A stretch of 32,458 bases of DNA from an uncultured Desulfobacterales bacterium (GTDB lineage Bacteria > Desulfobacterota > Desulfobaccia > Desulfobaccales > 0-14-0-80-60-11). Under the pieces are notes generated by a model. The model worked only from the letters and a program-made list of their open reading frames with translations. It did not search any database and had not been told where the DNA came from. A program made the position numbers and the translations under genes. Within the stretch, counting starts at the first letter, position 1; each line of letters opens with the position of its first letter. Below, piece after piece: positions 7,687 through 16,850 of the stretch. The stretch is from the NCBI GenBank assembly GCA_964561645.1, contig CAZLRL010000001.1, positions 1-32,458 of the forward strand, given 5' to 3'.

Positions 7687-9402
7687 ATGTCAGGCATTTC
7701 CAACATCCTCCAAATCGCCTCCCAGGCTCTGATGACCGAACAGTTGGGAGTGGAAGTCACCGGCCACAATATCGCCAATGTCGATACACCAGGCTTTTCC
7801 CGTCAACGGGTTAACCTGATTACCGAGACTCCGGTGGTCTCCTCCGTGGGTCCCCTGGGTCGGGGGGTCAAGGTCCTGGGTATTGAGCGGGCCTTTGATC
7901 CTTTTATTACCGCCCGTTTGAATGAGAAAACCTCGTTGTTGGCCGATTACCAGACCCGCTCGGATGCGTTGGAACAAGTAGCCGCGTTTTTCAACGAGAC
8001 CCAGGCCGGGGGCGTCAACGAACTGTTGTCCCAATTCTTTGCCTCCTGGCACGACCTGGCTGATAACCCTGCCGGGCCCGGAGAACGTCAGGCCCTTCTC
8101 CAGCAGGGCCTGACTTTGTGCGATGCCTTTAACTCCCGGGCCAATCAATTGGTTCAGGAGCGGCAATCCCTCCTGCAGCAAGTCAACCCTGTCATTAAAG
8201 AAATCAATGAACACACGGCTGCCATCGCTCAGCTTACCCGGGAAATCGTGGAAACCGAATCCGACGGCCATGCCGCCAACGATTTACGGGACAAACGGGA
8301 ATTGGAGATTTCCCGCCTCTCCGAGCTTATCGGTGTGCAAACCTACACCGCGGGCGACGGCACCGTCAGCGTAGCCTTGTCCAACGGCCGTCCCCTGGTC
8401 CAGGGGGTGATGTCCTTTGACTTGACGTATCAGGTAAATCCGGCTGACCAGGTGGAAGTGATCTGGCAAGGACCAGGGGGCACCTCCGAGATCCTGGATT
8501 CTTCCACCCTCACCGGCGGCAAACTCACCGCGCTGGTACAGACGCGGGATTTAGTTATTCCCACCTACCAGCAAGAATTGGACCAACTGGCCCAGGATCT
8601 CATCATAGCCGTCAATAATCAGCACAGTCAGGGGGTCGGTCTAACCCTTCTTTCCCAAAGCAAGGGCACCTACCAGGTAACCGATCCAGCCACTCCCCTG
8701 GGCACCAGTCTGCCCTTGGGAAGTGAGATCGTGGCGGGTTCCTTCCAGATTTTTGTGGACCGGGACGGGGCTCCTTTGGCTTCCGGCACTATCGCCATAG
8801 ACCCAAGCTTGTCTCTGAATGACGTGGTCACCAGTATCAATACCCATCCCGTATTAGGCGGCCTGCTCACCGCGTCCGTTGAAGATAACTCCTTGAAAAT
8901 AGTTAGCAATCTAGCATCAGACACCTTCGGTTTCGCCGGGGACGACAGCCATGCCCTCACTGCTTTGGGCACCAATACTTTTTTCACCGGGGATAAAGCC
9001 TATACTTTAGACGTCAATGCTTGGGTATTAGCCGACCCGGATCTGATCGCCGCCGGGCAAATTGATGCCACCGGGGCCCACGCGGTGGGCGATAACCGCA
9101 ACGCTCTGGCCTTGGCGGATCTGGAAGGCGCACCGGTGGGACCGGACGGTTTGACCTTCGGGGAAGCCTACCAGCGCCTGGTAATGACTCTGGGTTTAGA
9201 AGCCCAGGATGTGGCAAATCAAGAAACTTTTTACCAGGGTCTGGTGGAGCAACTTGCCAATATGCGGGATGCGGTCTCGGGCGTATCTCTGGACGAGGAA
9301 TTGACTAACCTGGTGAAATTCCAGCGAGCTTACCAGGCCGCGGCCCGGCTGGTGAGCGTGGCGGACGAACTGTATCAAACCCTGCTGGCCATAAAAAGAT
9401 AA
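7687..9402 (+). CDS. flgK: Flagellar hook-associated protein 1 FlgK
   Basis: 571 aa. The N-terminus is LQIASQALMTEQLGVEVTGHNIANVDTPGFSRQR. The C-terminus is GVSLDEELTNLVKFQRAYQAAARLVSVADELYQTLL. Confidence 0.95.
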   Translation: MSGISNILQIASQALMTEQLGVEVTGHNIANVDTPGFSRQRVNLITETPVVSSVGPLGRGVKVLGIERAFDPFITARLNEKTSLLADYQTRSDALEQVAAFFNETQAGGVNELLSQFFASWHDLADNPAGPGERQALLQQGLTLCDAFNSRANQLVQERQSLLQQVNPVIKEINEHTAAIAQLTREIVETESDGHAANDLRDKRELEISRLSELIGVQTYTAGDGTVSVALSNGRPLVQGVMSFDLTYQVNPADQVEVIWQGPGGTSEILDSSTLTGGKLTALVQTRDLVIPTYQQELDQLAQDLIIAVNNQHSQGVGLTLLSQSKGTYQVTDPATPLGTSLPLGSEIVAGSFQIFVDRDGAPLASGTIAIDPSLSLNDVVTSINTHPVLGGLLTASVEDNSLKIVSNLASDTFGFAGDDSHALTALGTNTFFTGDKAYTLDVNAWVLADPDLIAAGQIDATGAHAVGDNRNALALADLEGAPVGPDGLTFGEAYQRLVMTLGLEAQDVANQETFYQGLVEQLANMRDAVSGVSLDEELTNLVKFQRAYQAAARLVSVADELYQTLLAIKR

Positions 9403-9414
9403 GGAGTTTTAGCT

Positions 9415-10584
9415 GTGCGGGTCACCATGTCTACCATTTTTCATAATATTCAAAACAACTTGCAAAACTTGGCAGAGGATTTGCAAAGGATTAATGCAAG
9501 CATCTCCTCTGGTAAAAAATATCAGGGGATCAGCGACAATCCCGTGGACGTGGGGGCCATCCTGGGATTGACCACGGAAGAAGGCCAGACGGTTCAGTAT
9601 GACCGGAACCTGGAAACCGCTAAGAGCTGGTTAAGTGTAACCTTATCAGCCTTACAGGACATTACTGACATTGTGCGGGCCAGCACGGGTTTGGCCAACC
9701 AGATGGCTACGGGTACGTATAACGCGGCCCAGCGCCAGGCCGCGGCCCAGCAGATCCAGGGCTATCTAGAGGAAATAATGCAAGTCGGAAACACCAAATT
9801 TAAGGGACAACATATTCTGGCAGGATACAGCACTGACAACCCTCCTTTTGTCGAAGGAGCCTGGGATATCCAGCCTCCGGTTATGCACCTGCAGTCCGGC
9901 TCCACGGGCACCGCGGTTTCCGGGGGAACTTACACCGGCACCGACAGCCGTACCTACCTGGTGGAGGTGGTAGCGGGGGGCGGAGTTGGAGTGGGCACTT
10001 ATCAAGTCTCAGTTGACGGTGGTCAAAGTTGGACCACCCCTGCGGTCATTCCGGCCGGAGCCGCGGCTTTAGGTGACGGCGTGGAAGTGACCATGGGAGG
10101 AACCTGGGTAGCAGGGGATCGCTTCAGTATTTCAGTCTATCAACCGATTGTATATCAAGGAGATACCCATAACCTGGAGATCACCATAGGAGCGCAAAGC
10201 CGCCTGAAGGTCAATGAAATCGGCAGCGAGGCGGTGGGCGGTGATCTGGGAACCCATGACATTTTCCAGATCCTGGCTCAGCTCAAAAGCAGCCTGGAGG
10301 CCAATGACCCTAACGGGGCGGGAGCCAGTTTGGAAAGACTGCGTTCATATGAGTCGCATATGACGACAATTCTGGCCGGTCTGGGCGCCTCCCTGGATCG
10401 GGTTGCCATGAAAGAAAGTATCTTTGGCACTCTCAAAGATGAACTCGCCCGGCAAATCAGCGACCGGGGCGACACTGATTTGGTCACCGCAGCCAACCTC
10501 TTGAAGGCCAAGGAAACCGCTTACCAGGCTGCACTCCTCTCGTCCTCCAAGGTCATGGGGATGAGCCTGATGGATTATTTGTAG
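9415..10584 (+). CDS. flgL: Flagellar hook-associated protein 3 FlgL
   Basis: 389 aa with flagellin-type N- and C-terminal helices (LQRINASISSGKKYQGISDNPV ... LLKAKETAYQAALLSSSKVMGMSLMDYL) and a variable Gly-rich middle. The GTG start at 9415 lies 8 nt after AAGGAG. An alternative ATG is at 9427. Confidence 0.88.
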   Translation: MRVTMSTIFHNIQNNLQNLAEDLQRINASISSGKKYQGISDNPVDVGAILGLTTEEGQTVQYDRNLETAKSWLSVTLSALQDITDIVRASTGLANQMATGTYNAAQRQAAAQQIQGYLEEIMQVGNTKFKGQHILAGYSTDNPPFVEGAWDIQPPVMHLQSGSTGTAVSGGTYTGTDSRTYLVEVVAGGGVGVGTYQVSVDGGQSWTTPAVIPAGAAALGDGVEVTMGGTWVAGDRFSISVYQPIVYQGDTHNLEITIGAQSRLKVNEIGSEAVGGDLGTHDIFQILAQLKSSLEANDPNGAGASLERLRSYESHMTTILAGLGASLDRVAMKESIFGTLKDELARQISDRGDTDLVTAANLLKAKETAYQAALLSSSKVMGMSLMDYL

Positions 10585-10715
10585 GATTTGACGGGATTTT
10601 CCTGTTGGACCTGTGAAGTTTATCATCTGGAATCAAGGAGGTTTTGGGAACCTAGTCGGCCCCCGGCTGATAGTACAGCCTCTCAATATCAAAATCGGTA
10701 ACCAGGAAGGTAACC

Positions 10716-10946
10716 TTGCTGATACTAACCAGAAAAACCGGCGAAGGGCTGTTCATCGGAGATGACATTCGCGTTACGATCCTTGAGATCCGCGGCAAGC
10801 AAATTCGGTTGGGCATAGAAGCCCCCACCAGTGTTGTCGTTCTCCGAGAAGAAATCTATCGACGCATTCAGGAAGAAAACCTTCAGGCTGCGGGGACCCG
10901 AGATATAGATGTCAAAGAGGTTGCCCAGCTATGGAGACGGGAATAA
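10716..10946 (+). CDS. csrA: Carbon storage / translational regulator CsrA
   Basis: 76 aa with a TTG start. [48 protein letters not shown] is a near-canonical CsrA sequence. Confidence 0.95.
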   Translation: MLILTRKTGEGLFIGDDIRVTILEIRGKQIRLGIEAPTSVVVLREEIYRRIQEENLQAAGTRDIDVKEVAQLWRRE

Positions 10947-11422
10947 GAATTATGGCCCCCGATGCACAAACTACATCTCCTGAACCGGCTGTTTTTCCGG
11001 TAAAGACCCAGAAATTCGGGTCCATAAACGTGCGCTCCGACCAGATCATCTACCTGGACCCAGGGCTTCTGGGTTTTACTCAATATCATCGCTACTTATT
11101 GATTGAGCATAATCGGGAAGCCCCCTTTCTATGGTTGCAGTGCCTGGACAAACCCGACCTGGCCTTTGTGGTCATTGACCCTCGTTTTCTTCTGTCGGAC
11201 TATCAACCGGGCTCGCTGCCTCAAGTTATGCAGGAGTTGGAAGTGGAGCGGCCGGATGACTTTAAGATCTTGGTGATTTTGACCATTCCACCGGGCAAGC
11301 CCCAGGAAATGACCGCCAACTTGATGGGGCCGGTGGTTATCAACCTGAAAAGCCGCCAGGGCAGACAATTGGTTTTGGAGGACTCCAAATATAACCACAA
11401 GCATCGGGTGCTGCCCGGATAA
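10931..11422 (+). CDS. fliW: Flagellar assembly factor FliW (CsrA antagonist)
   Basis: 163 aa. [21 protein letters not shown]...[20 protein letters not shown]...[20 protein letters not shown]...HKHR matches the FliW family. An alternative in-frame ATG at 10952 would avoid the 16-nt overlap with csrA. Confidence 0.88.
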   Translation: METGIRIMAPDAQTTSPEPAVFPVKTQKFGSINVRSDQIIYLDPGLLGFTQYHRYLLIEHNREAPFLWLQCLDKPDLAFVVIDPRFLLSDYQPGSLPQVMQELEVERPDDFKILVILTIPPGKPQEMTANLMGPVVINLKSRQGRQLVLEDSKYNHKHRVLPG

Positions 11423-11477
11423 ACTCAGGGCTGGGGCTCTGAAAACAATTTCATGTTGCGTTGCCTCAAACAATAAA

Positions 11478-11502
11478 ACGGGCGGACCGCGGGTCCGCCC
11501 GT
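11478..11502. terminator. Strong GC hairpin, probably a bidirectional terminator between the convergent operons
   Basis: acgggcggacc-gcg-ggtccgcccgt has an 11-bp stem. On the minus strand it is followed by ttttattgttt. On the plus strand it is followed by a weaker tcattt. Confidence 0.6.
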
Positions 11503-11547
11503 TCATTTGGGGCCGATCCTCGGATCGCCCCCGCGCAGGCTCATGTT

Positions 11548-11574
11548 AAAAAAAGGCGGTCCCGAGAGACCGCC
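11548..11574 (-). terminator. Rho-independent terminator of the hdrA-mvhD-FeS operon
   Basis: Read on the minus strand: ggcggtc-tctcgg-gaccgcc followed by ttttttt. It starts ~22 nt after the stop of the 269-aa FeS gene. Confidence 0.75.
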
Positions 11575-11596
11575 CAGAGGAGAAGGAACAAGGTTT

Positions 11597-12406
11597 TTAC
11601 ATGGGCTTGGGTTCCAAGGTGACCTCATCACCCAGAAATTTCCAAGGAGAAAGACCGGCCATCGGAGAGCCGGTGTCATAGTCAAAGAATTCTCTCACCA
11701 GCTTATTACCCTTTTTGTACAAGACCCTCAGAGGGATATCGGCCGGGCAGGCTTCTTCACAGAGGCCGCAGTCGATACAGCGGCCGGCCATGTGAATGGC
11801 CCGGACCAACTGAAAAATGGTGTCGGGGGGAACCTTGCCGGTGCTCATGAGGTCGGGGTGTTCCAGGCTGCATTCCTTGCAGAAGCACATGGGGCAGACA
11901 TCCCGACAGCCGTAGCATTTGACACAGCGGCTGAAGTGACTCATCCACTCCTGAAAGGACTCGGACAAGGGTAATTCTTCCACCCGTGAGACCCGCTGGC
12001 TTTTTTCCACCGGCTCACATTTTTCCCCGTAGTCAATTACCGAAGCCCAGGGCCCGAAGCATTCACAGTAATCCGCTTGCTCCTGCGGGCAGGCGATGCC
12101 CACCAGCACCACTTTTTCGGGATCGAGCTGGCTCCATTTGTAGAGCTCGTTCAAACCCCGTTCGTCACAGCCCCGGACCTGAATGGCAAAAGTGTCCTCC
12201 GGGTAATTGATGGCCAGCACCTGCAAGAGTTTATCCAGCGGATAGCGGGCGTTGCCCGGCGCCACCACGGACTGCTCCAACTCCTCCAAATTGTCCGGAG
12301 TGAAAAGATGGGGCAGAGGGTGGCCCTCCACCATTTTATACCCCAGATAACCCGCCACCTCTCCTTTTTCAAACAATTCCCTGACTTTTTTCTGGATATT
12401 ATCCAT
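11597..12406 (-). CDS. 2x[4Fe-4S] dicluster protein, AsrA / sulfhydrogenase-beta-like; probable electron-transfer subunit of the HdrA-MvhD module
   Basis: 269 aa. Cys motifs are CVKCYGCRDVCPMCFCKEC and CIDCGLCEEACP. There are no CCG (HdrB-type) motifs. It is the last gene of the operon, 27 nt after mvhD, with GAGGA upstream. Confidence 0.6.
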   Translation of the reverse strand: MDNIQKKVRELFEKGEVAGYLGYKMVEGHPLPHLFTPDNLEELEQSVVAPGNARYPLDKLLQVLAINYPEDTFAIQVRGCDERGLNELYKWSQLDPEKVVLVGIACPQEQADYCECFGPWASVIDYGEKCEPVEKSQRVSRVEELPLSESFQEWMSHFSRCVKCYGCRDVCPMCFCKECSLEHPDLMSTGKVPPDTIFQLVRAIHMAGRCIDCGLCEEACPADIPLRVLYKKGNKLVREFFDYDTGSPMAGLSPWKFLGDEVTLEPKPM

Positions 12407-12433
12407 TTACCTATTCCTCAAAATTTTCCCACC

Positions 12434-12865
12434 TCAAGCGGCCTGTTTGGCGTGTTTGAGGGGAGAAGGACCTAATTGCCTGATTTTCTCTGTAAAATCA
12501 CGTACTGTCTGGGCCAGCTTCGGGCCTTCGGCGGCGGAAATCCATTCCAGGTGGAGGCGTCCCGGATCCACTCCCGCGAACTTCAGGAGCTCTTGGAGAA
12601 AGCTGATGCGCTTGATGGTCATGTAATTGCCCCGAAGATAATGGCAATCCCCGATGTGGCAGCCCCCGATCAGGACGCCGTCGGCCCCTTTTTGAAAAGC
12701 CCGCAGCACGTGGTGGGGCGAAACCGTGCCGGAACACATGACCCTGATGACCCGGATGTTGGGCGGGTATTGCAAACGGCTCACTCCCGCCAGATCGGCC
12801 CCGGCATAGGTACACCAATTACAGAAAAACCCCAGAATTTTCGGTTCGAACTGTTTCTCAGCCAT
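12434..12865 (-). CDS. mvhD: MvhD/FlpD-type [2Fe-2S] protein (methyl-viologen-reducing hydrogenase delta subunit family)
   Basis: The sequence is MAEKQFEPKILGFFCNWCTYAGADLAGVSRLQYPPNIRVIRVMCSGTVSPHHVLRAFQKGADGVLIGGCHIGDCHYLRGN, a canonical MvhD pattern. I start at the internal ATG (12865). The track's longer ORF (to 13000) would overlap the hdrA 3' end. Confidence 0.9.
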   Translation of the reverse strand: MAEKQFEPKILGFFCNWCTYAGADLAGVSRLQYPPNIRVIRVMCSGTVSPHHVLRAFQKGADGVLIGGCHIGDCHYLRGNYMTIKRISFLQELLKFAGVDPGRLHLEWISAAEGPKLAQTVRDFTEKIRQLGPSPLKHAKQAA

Positions 12866-12897
12866 AGCAAAATTCCTGTTGTTTTGGATTCCTGAAG

Positions 12898-15800
12898 TTA
12901 AGCGCCGGCAGCCTCTTCCATCTCCTCTTCCAGTTCTTTGAGGGCTTCGTCCACCTGGGAGTAGAGCTGTTTGTGGCTGAAGCCGAACAGGGTGATGCAT
13001 TCAGAGGGACAATTGGCCGCGCAGGTACCGCAACCTTTGCACAAAGCCTGGTTGACCTGGCACACATCCTCATCTTCCACATACTCAATGGCACCGAAGG
13101 GACAGACTCCCACGCACGCCTGACAACCCACACAGGTTTCGGCATCGATTTCGGCCACCACCCCGCCGGCTCGAATGGCATCCTGGGCCAGCACCACCGC
13201 AGCTCGTCCCGCGGCGGCTTTGGCCTGGGCAATGGCCTCGTCAATGGGCTTGGGGAAATGAGCCAACCCGGCGACAAAAACGCCGTCGGTGGCGAAGTCC
13301 ACCGGCCTGAGTTTCATGTGGGCTTCGAGGAAGAAACCGTCGTTGGTCAGGGGCACTTTAAACAACTGGGCCAGCCTCTCCTGCTCCTTAACGATAACCG
13401 CGGAAGCCAGAGTCAGGATATCTGTTTCCAGGGTTATCGGAAAGCCCAAGATCGGGTCGCGTACCGACACCTTGAGGCGGCCATCGGGAAGCTGCTCCAC
13501 TTGCGGAGCATTCTCGAGATCGAAGCGAACAAAGATAACGCCCTTTTCCCGGGCCTCTTTATAAAGGTTTTCCCGGGAGCCATAGGTGCGCATATCCCGG
13601 TAGAGGATAAAGACGTCCATTTCCGGGTTCAGCTCTTTGAGGTGAATAGCGCTTTCCACCGAGTGGGTGCAGCAAATCCGGCTGCAATAAGGACGCTCCG
13701 GGATGCGGGAACCCACACACTGAATGAAAACCGCAGTTTTGGCCTCGTTCAAGAGGGGGTTTTGCTCCCGCAAAGCCTGGTCCATTTCCAAAGAGAGCAT
13801 CACCCGGGGGTTTTCCCCATAAAGATATTCCTGGGGTTTATAAGAGTGGCCCCCGATGGCGATAACCGCGGCGCCATGCTCCACATCCACTTCCCGGCCT
13901 TCGGCGGCGATGGTGGAGGTGAAATTGCCTACAAAGCCTTTAACATTGGTGACTTCGGAGTTGAGGTGGATTTGGATCAAGGAGTGATTGTTCACCCGTT
14001 CCACCAAGTCGTCCAGATATGGTTTGATGGGCTCGCCCAGCCAGGTTTGATTGAGTTTCCGGGCATGTCCACCCAAAAAATCTTTCTTTTCCACCAGATG
14101 TACCTGGTACCCCTGGTCGGCCAAGCCGAGAGCGGCTTCCATGCCGGCCACCCCGCCCCCGACAACCAAACCGGCCTTGGTGATCGGAAGATCAAACTCC
14201 CGCAACGGGGGTTGAAAGGAGACGGAAGCGATGGCCATACGCACCTGGTCCTTGGCCCGCTGGGTGGCGGCTTCGGGTTCGTTCAGATGCACCCAGGCGC
14301 CTTGGTCACGGATGTTGGCCATCTGGAAAAGATACTTGTTCAGCCCGGCCTCTTTAATGGTCTCCTGGAAAGTGGGTTCATGAGTACGCGGGGTGCAGGA
14401 GGCCACCACCACCCGGTTCAGATTGTGCTCCCGGATACGTTCCTTGATCAGTCCCTGGGCATCCTGGGAGCAGGCGAACAGCGTGTCTTCGACGAACTCG
14501 ACATGAGGAAGCGTCTTGGCGTAATCCCTCACCCCCGGCACATCCACCGTCCCGGCAATGTTGATGCCACAATGACAGACAAAGACGCCGATGCGGGGCT
14601 CTTCCTGAGAAACATCCCGCTCTTCAAAGACCGGCTTCTTCCGGGCCAAAGAGTAACGCACCGGGGCCAGCAATTCGCTGGACGCCGCCGCGGCCGCAGA
14701 GGCTTCCATAACCGATTGGGGAATGTCCTTGGGACCCTGGAAGGCTCCGCACACATATATCCCCGGTTTGCTGGTAGACACCGGAGTGAAGGATGAGGTT
14801 CGGGCAAAGCGGTCCTTATTTAAATCAATTCCCAGGGTACCGGCGAGTTTCAGGACCCCCGGCGAGGTCTCCAGGCCCACGGACAGCACGACCAGGTCAA
14901 AGACTTCGGTCACGCGCTCCCCGTCTTCCCGGATATAGGTAATGGCCAGATCATCTGTTCCCGGCACCGGGTCGACGGTGTGCACCCTGGAGCGGATGAA
15001 GCGTATGCCCTGCTCATCCTGGGCCCGCCAGTAATATTTTTCGAATTCTTTGCCCGGGGTGCGCATGTCCATGAAGAAAATGGCGGCATCCAGGGGGTCA
15101 TGACTGTGTTCCTTGGCGATTACCGCCTCCTTGATGGCGTACATGCAACACACTGCCGAGCAATAGCTGTTATCGCAGTGGTTCAAATCTCTGGAACCGA
15201 CGCACTGGAGCCAGGCAATCTTATTCGGCTCTTTATGGTCCGAGGGACGGACCAGATGGCCCTGGAAGGGCCCGGCGGCAGCCAGAATCCGCTCAAACTC
15301 CATGCCGGTGATGACGTTGGGGTAGTTGGCGTAATGATAGGCACTGTATTGGGTAGGATCATAAGCCTTAAACCCCGGGGCCAAAATCATGGTACCCACC
15401 GGGATTTCCCGGTCTTGATCCGCTTGGGAGAAATCCACCGCGCCGGTGGGACAGAATTTTTCGCAAGCCTTACATTTGCCGCCCTTTAAAAAATAGAGGC
15501 AATGGGCTTTGTCGATGGAATACTTCGGAGGCACCGCTTGCGAATACCCCAGATTAGCAGCCTTTCTGGTACCCAGACCCAGGTTGAATTCATCGGGCAC
15601 CTTCTTCGGGCATTTCTCAGCGCAGACACCACAGGCAATGCACTTTTCCATATCAATATAGCGCGCCATCTCGCGCACGCTGACGGAAAAATTGCCCGGC
15701 TCACCGCTGATGCCCACCACCTGGGCCGGAGCGTGGATTTCTATGTTAATGTGCCGGCCGACCTCGACCAGCTTGGGCGAGATAATTCACATGGCGCAGT

Positions 15801-15981
15801 CATTGGTGGGAAAGGTCTTGTCAAGCTGCGACATCACCCCACCAATGGCCGGCTTTTCCTCCACCAGATGCACGAAATATCCAGCATTGGCAAGATCCAG
15901 GGCGGCCTGCATACCGGCGATGCCGCCGCCAACCACCATAACTGCTCCTACTTGCTGGCCTTTTGGTACTTCAGTTGCCAT
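12898..15981 (-). CDS. hdrA: HdrA-like flavo-iron-sulfur protein with tandem HdrA modules and a predicted selenocysteine (UGA at 15787-15789); 1027 aa
   Basis: Track ORFs 15787..15981 ([67 protein letters not shown]) and 12898..15720 are in the same frame (69 nt apart). The codons between them read [31 protein letters not shown]. Together these restore the conserved DKTFPTxDC(S/A)M-C/U-I(L/I)SPK motif. Downstream lie an inserted ferredoxin domain ([12 protein letters not shown]), a second HdrA N-domain ([13 protein letters not shown]...[16 protein letters not shown]), a second [11 protein letters not shown] Rossmann motif and a C-terminal 2x[4Fe-4S] ([24 protein letters not shown]). Confidence 0.8.
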
Positions 15982-16089
15982 AAGAACTCCACCTCAAATT
16001 GAATGGTTACACCTAATTATAACCATGTCTTGTGAATGTTTCAACAAACTTTGGCGCATCTCTGTTATGCTCCAAAGCTCATAAACCCC

Positions 16090-16119
16090 TTTATAGAGTA
16101 TGGCAGGCCAGGGCGTCAA
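16090..16119 (-). promoter_or_regulatory. Candidate sigma-70 promoter of the hdrA operon
   Basis: On the minus strand: TTGACG (16119-16114), an 18-nt spacer, then TATAAA (16095-16090). The alternative is CTATAA with a 17-nt spacer. It lies ~100 nt upstream of the hdrA ATG. Confidence 0.5.
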
Positions 16120-16221
16120 GAAAAATCGGTCAGGTTTGAGGGAGGCCGAAATTCCCCAGACGGTTTCCTGGAGGGGTTATCCTGGGGTTAAGATTTTTTC
16201 CAGGGGCATTGATAAATTAAG

Positions 16222-16249
16222 TTGACTTTACCTCAGAGGGCCTTATACT
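16222..16249 (+). promoter_or_regulatory. Candidate sigma-70 promoter for the small secreted-protein gene
   Basis: TTGACT (16222-16227), a 16-nt spacer, then TATACT (16244-16249). It lies ~90 nt upstream of the ATG at 16338. Confidence 0.5.
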
Positions 16250-16337
16250 TAGAAGAAATTTATTGAACAAGCGGCTTTTTCCATTAGTTTTTAAAGAAGT
16301 GGAAAGCCGAGGATCAACTTTAAAAAGGAGGAAAAAC

Positions 16338-16655
16338 ATGCGGTCGAAACTGGTGGTTGGTTTCATCCTGGCTGTGGTTGCAACAATGTTCATTGCATCC
16401 GGTGCCATGGCTGCGAAACTGTTATGCGTATCTAACGAAACTCTCAAAGGTGAGGAGACTGTGGATTCCTGCCTGGCTAAAGGCGAAAGCTTCGCTGTAG
16501 TGGATGACTATGGTCTGGTCCGCATCTTGTCTCCGGAAGAAGTGGAATTGACCAAAGCCTTTAATCCCAAGGCTTTTCAAGCCCGGGCCTTTGGCATCAA
16601 GTATCAGGCAGAAGCTCCGCCGATTGCGCCGATGCCCAGAATTCCCGAGCCCTAA
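16338..16655 (+). CDS. Small secreted hypothetical protein (105 aa)
   Basis: The ATG at 16338 lies 7 nt after AAGGAGG. The signal peptide is MRSKLVVGFILAVVATMFIASGAMA|AK. A strong terminator follows. I recognise no family. The track start at 16263 is a TTG with no RBS. Confidence 0.6.
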   Translation: MRSKLVVGFILAVVATMFIASGAMAAKLLCVSNETLKGEETVDSCLAKGESFAVVDDYGLVRILSPEEVELTKAFNPKAFQARAFGIKYQAEAPPIAPMPRIPEP

Positions 16656-16710
16656 GCTCTACGCGCAACTGCAAATCCAGATCCTCGTAAGATTTTAAGG
16701 AATATAATAA

Positions 16711-16745
16711 AAGCCCTCAAATTTGATTTGGGGGCTTTTTTATTG
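16711..16745 (+). terminator. Rho-independent terminator
   Basis: aagccctcaaa-tttga-tttgggggctt forms an 11-bp stem with one G-U pair, followed by ttttatt. Confidence 0.8.
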
Positions 16746-16850
16746 TCCAGGTTTTGGGCCTGTAGTTAGCAGGTCAGGGTTGGAGCAAGATAGAGTTATT
16801 ACGGCAGAGAGATAGACCCTTTGATGTTCAAGCCAGTATTGTAGGGGTTG

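Noticed and set aside
12866-13000. N-terminal extension of the mvhD ORF (track start at 13000)
   Set aside because: The extension overlaps the hdrA 3' end by ~100 nt and reads as Arg/Gly-rich junk. The canonical MvhD N-terminus MAEKQFEPKILGFFCNWC starts at 12865, with AGGA upstream.
12973-14796. 607-aa plus-strand ORF inside hdrA, and 15502-16002 / 15692-16084 plus-strand ORFs
   Set aside because: They are antisense to the strongly supported HdrA frame and have no domain signatures.
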